From the IMG/VR virus record IMGVR_UViG_3300028666_000022, positions 124,001 through 188,000 of that record: 64,000 bases of DNA, one strand, 5' to 3'. Shown here piece after piece: positions 28,122 through 37,600 of the stretch. Each line of letters opens with the position of its first letter. Position 1 is the stretch's first letter. The translations under genes were made by a program, and so were the position numbers. The notes below the pieces were generated by a model that saw nothing but the letters and a program-made list of their open reading frames with translations, searched no databases and was not told the origin of the DNA.

Positions 28122-29075
28122 TTATAAATTATTTGTTATTATTCTTTTATTTAATTTAACTGCATTATATAGTCTAATGTAACTATCTTCAGTTAAATTT
28201 CTAATACCAAAATTAGCTTTAAAATTATTATAATTAATTGTTTCTAATCTTTCTTCCATTTTTCGAAGAATCCAATCTGCTCTACGTTTTCTAAACCCAT
28301 TTAATTTATTTACTATATAATTATTATTTTTCTTAAAATAATTAGAAATATTTTTTATAAATTTATATCCAAAAATAGTATTAAATAATTTTTTTGTTTT
28401 ATTCCTAAAATAATTTTCGTGAAAAACTTTTCTTTTTTTACTAACAAAAATATCATTCTTGTTTTTTATTGTTTCAAGATATTTCACACCAATTTCTTTG
28501 AATTCATCATCAAAACCTTCATCTTCATCACGTTTGGTTGAAGCCAAATTAAAATATTTAGATATTTCTAAACTATGTTTATCAATTAAATGTTTATTCG
28601 GAATCTCAGACATGATTTTAGCACTGTTTCTTTTTCCTCTTAAAAAATTAATAGCCCATTTTTCGTCTTTAGTTAATTCCGGTGATTCAATATTAATTTT
28701 TATTTCTTTGTTATAACCATAGAAAAATTTAAGTATTTCAACAATTAAATTAAGAAAAACATGATTATTTGATTTTTTTAATTTCTGTTTTTTCTTAGAA
28801 TGAAATAAATTAAATACGTTATATTTCATTCGGATTTGTTCTACTTGCTCATCAAAATTACAAATAATATTATTTCTCCTATTCGATTGTAAATCACACA
28901 TTTTATCAACCAATAAACTTTCATAAATAATTTTAGAATATTTTATTACTAAATCATTAGAATTTTTTTCATTATAATTAACATAATTAATAATCGGTTT
29001 TAAATTATTTCTTAATTTAAAAAATTCATAATTATTCTTTTTGTAGAAGAATAACTTATTAAATAAGGTTTTCAT
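28122..29075 (-). CDS. Hypothetical basic, Lys/Asn-rich protein
   Basis: 317-aa ORF abutting the next gene. Confidence 0.6.
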   Translation of the reverse strand: MKTLFNKLFFYKKNNYEFFKLRNNLKPIINYVNYNEKNSNDLVIKYSKIIYESLLVDKMCDLQSNRRNNIICNFDEQVEQIRMKYNVFNLFHSKKKQKLKKSNNHVFLNLIVEILKFFYGYNKEIKINIESPELTKDEKWAINFLRGKRNSAKIMSEIPNKHLIDKHSLEISKYFNLASTKRDEDEGFDDEFKEIGVKYLETIKNKNDIFVSKKRKVFHENYFRNKTKKLFNTIFGYKFIKNISNYFKKNNNYIVNKLNGFRKRRADWILRKMEERLETINYNNFKANFGIRNLTEDSYIRLYNAVKLNKRIITNNL

Positions 29076-29100
29076 GTTTTTTTTTTTGATAATATTATTT

Positions 29101-30486
29101 TTAAACTTCCACTAATTTATTAACAACAACATTTTTATAAAACTCAGCACGTTTTTGTGTAACATTGGCTAAATTATGTGATTCTTTGAAATCTTCATAC
29201 AACTGTTCACCTAATTTTTTTCTAAGATCTGCATCTAAAATAAGTTTTTTGAGGTATTTAATCCAATACTTCTTAGGATTTTTTTCTTTTTCTGCAGGAA
29301 TCAGAATACAGTTTTCCATATGTCTACCATGAACCGAATATGGGATCATATTTGTGCAAACGATTGGTAATTTTCTTGTCCAAACTTCTGCTTGCTTTAA
29401 ATTCGATTTCATGGAGTTGAAGAAATTTTTATCGAGCGGAGCGATAACAATATCACACTCATCTAATATTGTTGCATAAATATTTGCTTTTTGTGTCCAA
29501 CGTCTACCATAATTACCCTCATTTTCATATTTTACACCTCTTTCAAAATTCATTAACCATTGTAAATAATCTTTATTTTTTATCATTCTATGGTTATCTG
29601 TTAATATTTTCTCATATTGAAAATAAACACTTTCTTCTGATCTAATGTCTCTTTGGCTAGTACTAAATACTTTACCTCTATATTTATCTTTCAATTCCAT
29701 TGATATTGGTAACATATCAACATTACCTCTAGTTTTATTGATTATTTTAACCAAATCTGGTGTCCATAATCCTTTTTTCTGAAGTTCAGCACCAAACTCT
29801 TGATTGAATGTTACTTCGGTTGTATTTCCATCACAATCCCACCCTCCAAGAATAAGTGAAAATTTATCTTTAATATCAGGATCATTTGATAATACATTCA
29901 TTACTCCTTCAAGTTGTTGTAAATCACCTAAATGTGAAGATCCACCTTGATAACAGATTCTTACTTTACCATCAGGATCTGGTTTCCAATTATTTTGGAA
30001 TTGTTTCATCCAAGTTGGATCTACTGCGTTAAAAAATACACCAACATTATCTTTTCCAGTTACTTTCCTAATTTCATCTGCAAAAGCATCTGTTGTTGTT
30101 GTAACATAATCAGCTATCTTAAGATTTTCAATAATATTTAAATGCATTTTATTTTCTACACTTAAAGAATAAAATGGATGATTCTTATGTAATAACCAAT
30201 AATCATCAATATCAACAATTAATACCACACCAGCTTTTCTTAATTCATTTGCTAATTGAACCATTTGTTTAGTATCTTGCAATATTTGACGATGATAATG
30301 TATAATATTAAATGATTTTAAATAATCCAATGTATTAGGATCGTTAAAATCTATTTGTTGATTAAATTCAACATAAAAATCATCTGAATGATCACGTTCT
30401 AATTGTATTGCGGGAGATTGTGAACGAAAATATGATACCCCAGCCCCGTCTAAAGTGTAGAATAATATTCTAATTTTTTCTTTCAT
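29101..30486 (-). CDS. GT-B glycosyltransferase (GT4-like phage type)
   Basis: GVSYFR..P; VDIDDYW; ADYVTTTT; GGSSH..D; DIVIAPL..N.FN.MKSNLK..E. Confidence 0.8.
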   Translation of the reverse strand: MKEKIRILFYTLDGAGVSYFRSQSPAIQLERDHSDDFYVEFNQQIDFNDPNTLDYLKSFNIIHYHRQILQDTKQMVQLANELRKAGVVLIVDIDDYWLLHKNHPFYSLSVENKMHLNIIENLKIADYVTTTTDAFADEIRKVTGKDNVGVFFNAVDPTWMKQFQNNWKPDPDGKVRICYQGGSSHLGDLQQLEGVMNVLSNDPDIKDKFSLILGGWDCDGNTTEVTFNQEFGAELQKKGLWTPDLVKIINKTRGNVDMLPISMELKDKYRGKVFSTSQRDIRSEESVYFQYEKILTDNHRMIKNKDYLQWLMNFERGVKYENEGNYGRRWTQKANIYATILDECDIVIAPLDKNFFNSMKSNLKQAEVWTRKLPIVCTNMIPYSVHGRHMENCILIPAEKEKNPKKYWIKYLKKLILDADLRKKLGEQLYEDFKESHNLANVTQKRAEFYKNVVVNKLVEV

Positions 30487-30520
30487 GTATTATAATATTT
30501 TATAAATTAATATAATTTAT

Positions 30521-30529
30521 TATAAATAC
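30521..30529 (-). promoter_or_regulatory. Putative late promoter GTATTTATA
   Basis: Upstream of the GT-B gene, just after a terminator. Confidence 0.55.
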
Positions 30530-30572
30530 AGCAATTTTTCAAAAAAACACTAAAAATTAAAAAAATTTTAAT

Positions 30573-30599
30573 AAAAAAGCCAACTATTTTTAGCTGGCT
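30573..30599 (-). terminator. Intrinsic terminator
   Basis: Minus strand AGCCAGCTA-AAAA-TAGTTGGCT followed by a T-run. Confidence 0.7.
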
Positions 30600-30627
30600 G
30601 TATAAGACATTGATTAATAATAATATT

Positions 30628-30774
30628 CTATCTATAATTTTCAGTTAAATTACCATTTTCATCATGAGTACCAAGCTCAATTAAGAATTTTCTAGCACTT
30701 TCTTTACTGGATAATACTTTTTTTAAATATTCATGTAATAAATTTATTTCAATATTTTCTTGTTCTTTTGTCAT
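30628..30774 (-). CDS. Hypothetical protein, 48 aa (absent from track)
   Basis: MTKEQENIE...SKESARKFLIELGTHDENGNLTENYR. Confidence 0.55.
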   Translation of the reverse strand: MTKEQENIEINLLHEYLKKVLSSKESARKFLIELGTHDENGNLTENYR

Positions 30775-30786
30775 AAAAATATATTT

Positions 30787-31131
30787 TTAATTCTCAATAT
30801 TTCTTTTTTTCTTTCCACCAGCAGATTTTCTTTCTGATTCTTCAGTTGTTTCATGTTCGGCAATTGGTTGAGGAATAACTGGTTTATTTGCATTCATTCT
30901 ATTATTAAGTTCAGTACTTGTTATTTCAACAACACTAACCAATTTTTTAACTCTTAGTTTATGAACTGAAAGAGGTAATGAAGATATTTTTAAATAAACA
31001 GTTTCACCGGGTTTAACCTTAATTGTTTTTTTATTCATTTCATCAACATAATCAATATTTAATATTGTATTATATTGTAAATCTCTTTTGTTGGCAAGAT
31101 TAGTTATGTTTGTTATTTTGTATGTGTTCAT
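30787..31131 (-). CDS. Hypothetical late protein
   Basis: ORF track; GTATTTATA at 31145-31153. Confidence 0.7.
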   Translation of the reverse strand: MNTYKITNITNLANKRDLQYNTILNIDYVDEMNKKTIKVKPGETVYLKISSLPLSVHKLRVKKLVSVVEITSTELNNRMNANKPVIPQPIAEHETTEESERKSAGGKKKRNIEN

Positions 31132-31144
31132 TTTTATAATTTAT

Positions 31145-31153
31145 TATAAATAC
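31145..31153 (-). promoter_or_regulatory. Putative late promoter GTATTTATA
   Basis: 13 nt upstream of the ATG at 31131. Confidence 0.6.
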
Positions 31154-31165
31154 GTTGAAAAATAA

Positions 31166-31999
31166 TTATTTTAAGCCCTGTATTAAACTATCACCATATT
31201 TAATTCCATCAAAACCATGACTTTGTGCTTTTTCAACAATTGCCTTATTCTTAAGGTTAAGCACAGGCACATTATATTTTTCACTAAGGCTTTCAAAATT
31301 AACATGAGGAAACCAAACTTTAGCTAATACTTCTGTTGGTATTTGACTATCTTTATAATGAAGACCTAAATCATCAGTATCTAAAAGATTATCAAAATTA
31401 ATTTCATATTTATCATAACCTTCCATTGGTTTTAACATAAAAAAATTACCTATTACTGAATTTTCTTTAATTGGTTCTTTTCTGTATCCTATTATTGTTT
31501 TTTCGTTATTGCTTGGTTTTTCTGTTTGTATTGAATCATTATCTTCTTCTAAAGATTTTAAAAATTCATTATAACTAACACCGGAATTAATATCATTATT
31601 TGCATTTAAAGCATCTTGTCCTTCAACTTCTTCTAATTTTTGTTGTTCCTCATATTCATGAATATCTTGAATTTTATTCAAAATCCTACAAGCATCATTA
31701 AAACTAAGATTAACTTTAATTGCCTTAAGCGGAACATTATCGTTAATAGCTTTTACTAACTTGTGATGACCATCAATTACTTCATCATCTTTTGTTAACC
31801 AAATAGGATTTATGTCATTAAATTCAGCATTACCCACATCATCAGAAAAAACAAATGGTTGAGATACTTTTATTTTTTCAAATTCTTCGGGTTCAATCTG
31901 AGTGTAATTATAACCAATATTTTCTTCATCTAGTTTACTTGTCAATAAACCAATAGGTGCATTAAGTTGTGGTAAATAATGTGGTGATGCTTTACTCAT
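31166..31999 (-). CDS. ParB/sulfiredoxin-like domain protein with a second C-terminal domain
   Basis: PIWLTKDDEVIDGHHK; C-terminal HGFDGIKY. Confidence 0.65.
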   Translation of the reverse strand: MSKASPHYLPQLNAPIGLLTSKLDEENIGYNYTQIEPEEFEKIKVSQPFVFSDDVGNAEFNDINPIWLTKDDEVIDGHHKLVKAINDNVPLKAIKVNLSFNDACRILNKIQDIHEYEEQQKLEEVEGQDALNANNDINSGVSYNEFLKSLEEDNDSIQTEKPSNNEKTIIGYRKEPIKENSVIGNFFMLKPMEGYDKYEINFDNLLDTDDLGLHYKDSQIPTEVLAKVWFPHVNFESLSEKYNVPVLNLKNKAIVEKAQSHGFDGIKYGDSLIQGLK

Positions 32000-32012
32000 T
32001 TATTGTGTTTTA

Positions 32013-32021
32013 TATAAATAC
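32013..32021 (-). promoter_or_regulatory. Putative late promoter GTATTTATA
   Basis: 13 nt upstream of the ATG at 31999. Confidence 0.6.
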
Positions 32022-32042
32022 AAAGATAGTATTTTAAAATTT

Positions 32043-32079
32043 AAAAAACTTGCTTTAGGTTAAAATTCTAAAGCAAGTT
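32043..32079 (-). terminator. Intrinsic terminator
   Basis: 12-bp perfect stem AACTTGCTTTAG / CTAAAGCAAGTT plus a T-run on the minus strand. Confidence 0.8.
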
Positions 32080-32092
32080 CTAATTATTATTT

Positions 32093-34144
32093 TTAATATT
32101 TAAATATTAAAGGTACTTGAATATCATTAATACTTGTATTACCAACCATCCAACCTAAATTTGGATTATTAAAAAATACTGATTGTAATGAATTATATGT
32201 TACCGGTAAATTTAATGTTTGTCTGGTCCAATTTTGACCACCATCATTAGTGTTCAATATGATAAAATTATTAGTATTATCATAACCAACAGCCCAACCA
32301 TTATGTTTATCAGTAAAATTAACTGATGATAAGTATCCATCTAATGAAATCAAATTCTGTATCCAATTATTACCACCATCTACTGTTTTAAAAATAAGAA
32401 TATTTCCATTATCATTAGTACCAACAATCCAACCAATGTTTTCATTAATAAAACTACATGATTGTAAATTGCCATCAATTAATGGTAAGGTTTGTTGAAT
32501 CCAATTATTACCACCATCTACTGTTTTTATTACAACTATTTTACTATCAGAAAAACCAACAGCCCATCCAATATTAGAATTTATAAATTGTAATGAATAT
32601 AATGTATTTCCAGTAACTGGTATTGTTTGTTCAATCCAATTTTGACCACCATCAGTTGTTTTCAACATAATGTTACTACCATTATTTTTATTTCCTACTG
32701 TCCAACCAACATTTCCATCGATAAACTGTATTGAAAATAATAAACCTGTTGTTGTTGGTGTTGTTTGTTCTATCCAATTTTGACCACCATCAGTTGTTTT
32801 TAATATTATACAATTAATATTTGCAACATTACTATAACCAACAGCCCATCCAACATTAGAATCAAGAAAAAATAATGATGTTAATATAATTGGATTAATT
32901 GGTGAATTTTGACGATTCCAACTTTCTCCACCATCTATTGTTTTTAATATTGTTGCATTGTTATTATAATCTGAACCAACTGTCCAACCAATATTATTAT
33001 TAATAAATTTAATACAATTTAATACTCCACTTATTTTTGGCTGAGAAGGTAATAACCAATTATTTCCTCCATTAATTGTATTCATTAATAATGTTTCATT
33101 TGTTGTTAAATTTTCACCACCAATCCAAACATTATTATTGTTTACTGGAAACACTTGTTTTAAATTAGAAGTAGTTATCGGTGAAGTTTCTTGTATCCAA
33201 TTTTGACCACCATTTGTTGTTTTCAATATTAAACCACCATTACCAACAATCCATCCATTATTAATATCAATAAATTTTATTGAATTTAAAATACCAATAC
33301 TTATCGGTGAAGTTTCTTGTATCCAATTTTGACCACCATTTGTTGTTTTTAAAATTATTGCATTATTACTGTTATTTTCTCCAACAGCCCAACCATTATT
33401 TAAATCAATAAAATAAATTGAGTTTAATGTACCACCACTAACTAGTAATGTTTGTTTTATCCAATTTTGACCACCATCTGTTGTTTTTAATATTAATTCA
33501 TTATTACTTTTATCTTTACCAACTGCCCAACCTACTGTAGAACTAATAAATCGTACTGAATTTAATGTACCAACAGTTGATGGTATTGTTTGTTGTTGCC
33601 AACTTATTCCACTATCGGTGCTATTATAAATAATTCCGTTTCCAAGATTATCAACCCCAACACTCCAGCCATTATCACCATCAATGAAATAAACCGAATT
33701 TAATGTTGTGTTAGTTAGTGATTGTGACACTGAATTCCAACCACTAACACTTCCATCATTAGTATATAATATAATTGCTTCATTATTTATGTTTTTTCCA
33801 ACAGCCCAACCATTATTAATATCAATAAATTGTATTGAATTTAATGTAGCTGCAATAGAAATTGATGATAATGTATGTATCCAATTTTGTCCACCATCTA
33901 TTGTTTTCATTAATATTATGAAACCTGATGAATCATTACCAACTAACCAACCATTATTTTCATCAATAAAATTGATTGAATTAATTATTCCATTTATTGT
34001 TGGTAGATTTTTTTGAACCCAATTCTTTTTCAACAATTCGTTTTCTGTTTTTGTTGTATTTTTAGTTGTAATGATGTTTTTTGTTACTACACCATTTTCT
34101 GTAATAACAATATTTTTTGTTATTGTCGTGCTTTTTTCTATCAT
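32093..34144 (-). CDS. YCF48/BNR (Asp-box) repeat beta-propeller protein, about 14 blades
   Basis: Repeated LNSI.F.D.N.GW.VG....ILKTTDGGQNW. Confidence 0.85.
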   Translation of the reverse strand: MIEKSTTITKNIVITENGVVTKNIITTKNTTKTENELLKKNWVQKNLPTINGIINSINFIDENNGWLVGNDSSGFIILMKTIDGGQNWIHTLSSISIAATLNSIQFIDINNGWAVGKNINNEAIILYTNDGSVSGWNSVSQSLTNTTLNSVYFIDGDNGWSVGVDNLGNGIIYNSTDSGISWQQQTIPSTVGTLNSVRFISSTVGWAVGKDKSNNELILKTTDGGQNWIKQTLLVSGGTLNSIYFIDLNNGWAVGENNSNNAIILKTTNGGQNWIQETSPISIGILNSIKFIDINNGWIVGNGGLILKTTNGGQNWIQETSPITTSNLKQVFPVNNNNVWIGGENLTTNETLLMNTINGGNNWLLPSQPKISGVLNCIKFINNNIGWTVGSDYNNNATILKTIDGGESWNRQNSPINPIILTSLFFLDSNVGWAVGYSNVANINCIILKTTDGGQNWIEQTTPTTTGLLFSIQFIDGNVGWTVGNKNNGSNIMLKTTDGGQNWIEQTIPVTGNTLYSLQFINSNIGWAVGFSDSKIVVIKTVDGGNNWIQQTLPLIDGNLQSCSFINENIGWIVGTNDNGNILIFKTVDGGNNWIQNLISLDGYLSSVNFTDKHNGWAVGYDNTNNFIILNTNDGGQNWTRQTLNLPVTYNSLQSVFFNNPNLGWMVGNTSINDIQVPLIFKY

Positions 34145-34174
34145 TTTTTATTTTTTATTAAATTAAAATTATTT

Positions 34175-34693
34175 TTAAATATTTTTAGGTGTAATTCCCA
34201 TTTCATAGGGTGATTTTCCATTTTTAAATAAAAAGTTTAAGTAATACCATTGTTTAGGTGTTAATTTTTTATTCTTAATTGCAGCATTATATATTGTTTT
34301 AAAGAAATTATCATTAGTATATTTTGAATTTACATTATTCCATAGTTGTTTAATATAGTTTAAACTAACTTGTTTATCACCAACATCTACCATCTCTTTA
34401 TTAAGATCTTCTGTTAAAACAGCCATATCAGTTAATGTCATCAATAAATCTTTTTTTAATTTTTCATCGTGTGAAAAATCTTCATAATTATTTTGAAGAA
34501 ATTCAAGCACAGATGCTTTTGATGGATCTTGATAACTAACATTACCGTTTTGATTATTCCATTCATTATATTTTTTAATAAAAAAATCAATATTAACAAT
34601 TTTGTTATTAACTAAATATTTGCCATCAGCAATCTCACGATATTCTTCATTAAGAAAATTCTCGATTTCTTCAATAATTATTCTCTTAAGCAT
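34175..34693 (-). CDS. Probable head-associated protein with an IIEEIENFLNE leader
   Basis: Leader motif identical to an internal junction of the upstream polyprotein. Confidence 0.6.
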   Translation of the reverse strand: MLKRIIIEEIENFLNEEYREIADGKYLVNNKIVNIDFFIKKYNEWNNQNGNVSYQDPSKASVLEFLQNNYEDFSHDEKLKKDLLMTLTDMAVLTEDLNKEMVDVGDKQVSLNYIKQLWNNVNSKYTNDNFFKTIYNAAIKNKKLTPKQWYYLNFLFKNGKSPYEMGITPKNI

Positions 34694-37600
34694 AAAATGT
34701 TTTATTTTTTATTTGACTTACTTCAAGATCGTCAATAATATTTTTATTATTCATATATAATTCTTCTATTTTTAATGGTGTATTTTTAAATAATCGTATT
34801 TCTTTTTCATCTTCACCTATATTAATATCCATGTTTAATGCTACTGTATTTTCCCAATCAATATTTTCTTCTTTTATTGAAGATTTAATTAAAACCCTAT
34901 TATTTCCACTTTGTCCCCAATGTGCTTCTGCTGCATTTTCTTCCCAAGACCAATAAATACCTAAATGTTTTCCTTCTTTCATTAAATGAATAACCCAACC
35001 ATTTTCAACAGTCATCATCCTCCAAATATCAATTCTATTATCTGGTTTTATTTTACTTCTTATATTTCGAACAACATCATAATACCTATCACTTAATTCA
35101 TTCATCAACCAATCTTGAAATTCTTTACTATTTTCATCTATTTCATCATTCCATTCAATATTATTTTCATATTTAAATCTATTGACAAATGGTTCATAAT
35201 TATTGTTCTGTTTTAAAATTTTAAGATATTCTGGAGTAATAACATCATTAGTATTTAATGAATGAACTGATTTTTCATTAAGAAAATTCTCGATTTCATT
35301 AACTATAGTTTCATTTAATTTACTTTCCTCTTTACCATAATATGTTATTTTATCATTAATGAATTCAATATTCGGATTTTTAATCTTTGCTTTATCTAAA
35401 AATTTTTGATAAAAGGGTGCAGCTTCATCTCTGGTTGGAAGTTTATTCCATGATTGTAAATTTAAGGATTTATCATATGTATTTCTACGTGAATCTGGTA
35501 TCATCGTTTCGTTCGATTCACCCAATAAAAACTTGTTTGTTTTCCCATACCTTTGTACAGTAACAAATTCAGTAGGTAAGGAACTATACCAATCTAAAGG
35601 AATTCTTTTTAGTATACCAATTTTATATAAACCATTAATTAAATTATCGTGCACTACCGAATTTTTTTCTTCAACAAATAAATTTCCTTCTCTATCAATT
35701 AATCCCCTTACACTAGGAGCAATATTATTTAATGATTTTGGATTTTTAATTATATTAATGTCTTTTTTATAATCTGTATCTATTTTAATTATCTCTTCTT
35801 GATTTTCTTTATTCATTTCTTTATTATATTTATTATTAAATTCACCATTAGTGTTTTGTATATTAAATTCTTTTTCAGCATAAGTATCACCTACACCTTC
35901 ATCTTCTATTTGTTTTTCATATTCAGGAAAATCCTCTTCTTTTAATGATTTAATGTTAAAATTTTTAACATCACCCTGATTACAAGCAATGCTAGTATTA
36001 CCTAATCCACCAAGCCTACATTTCTTCTTAACATCAACACTGCTACTACCAGCCATTGAGGATAATACTCTTTCGTTTACATTATATTCATGACCATTAT
36101 TTGAAATAATATTATCATTGCCACTTGGTACATTATTATCAGTAAGAACAGAAGTATCATTTTGATCATACAATGGAAAATCATCCCTTCCAATTCCATC
36201 ATCAGTTGAGAATTTTGAAGTACCATCTTCGTCAATATTTGAATTTTTTATTTTATTATAAAAATTTATTAAATCATTTTCTCTTAAAACAGGAATTTTA
36301 TTAAATCTTAAATTTTTATATGCTTGTAATTTATGATTCCCATCAATATGATTATTATTTCTTAATATAATAAATGGTCTTTTACCATTTTTAATAACAT
36401 CTTCCCATGCAAGAATTACTTCATTATTCAATTTTTGATTTTCTTTATATTTTTCAATGTTTTTAATATCTTCAATTTTAACTAATGGTTCTGCTGCTTT
36501 TCTCATTTCATATCTAACATCAAAATCAGTAATTATATTTTTTAAAAATTCTTGAACATTTTTTGAATTAAATACTTGTTCCCTTAATTTATTTAAATTA
36601 TCATTATTTATTTCTTTTGTTTCATCAATTTCAACTTCTTCTGGTTGCTTATTTGATTTAGCATAATAATTACCAAATCCAACATCAAAAAATCCTATAC
36701 TTCCATCTTTTTTATAACCAAGATTTTCTGGATTCAAATAATCCATACTTTCAACACCATGTTTTTTTGCTTCTTCAGCAATTTTTAATAAACCATTAAA
36801 ATATTCAGCATCTTCAGGATTTTTAGATAAATATTTATTAATTTTATCTTTATTTACATTATTACCATATCCATCAATATAAAAATCAATAACATCACTT
36901 AGTTTAACACCTAATATTTTTTCAAATGCAAAATTTAACTTATTTCTAATTTTAATAAAATAATCACCATTAGTTTTTAATTTTTCTAAAATAATCACAT
37001 ATAATTCATCTGCATTTGATTTAGATTTAATTGAAAATACGTTATATGGTTCAGCTATATATTTCAATTGTTTACCAATAAGACCTAAATTTTCAACAGC
37101 TTCACTTTTATCTGAAGTCACTTTTAATATTTTATCATTACCAATATCATAAGCAGCACCAAAATTACCACTACCAATAAATTTAGGTTGATTTAATTTA
37201 TATATTTCAGCTACTTTATTAGCTATTGTATCAGCATTTTCTCTACTAACACTCTCATCCAATAATTCTTCACCTTCAGGTAACATGATATTATTTTGTT
37301 GAGGAATTTGAATATCATTAGCTCTATATCCACCAATATCAAAATAAGTAAGAACACCATTTTTATAACCTAAATTTTCAACATTGCTATAATCATTTGA
37401 TTTAATTGCTAATTCATCTAATTCTTTTTTTATTTCAAATAAATCTTGAATAAATTTATATGCTTTTTCTCTATCTGCTTGTACTATATTTGCTTCGGGT
37501 TTATTTGTTAATATTTGTTTACTTGATTCAATAAATTCATCATATTTCTTTTTCTTTAGTAAAATCATTAAACCAACAAAATCATCGTTTTCTGAAGCAG

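Noticed and set aside
29077-29087. T11 homopolymer before the 29075 start as a phase-variation switch
   Set aside because: Non-coding, and plausible by chance in such AT-rich A-run leaders.
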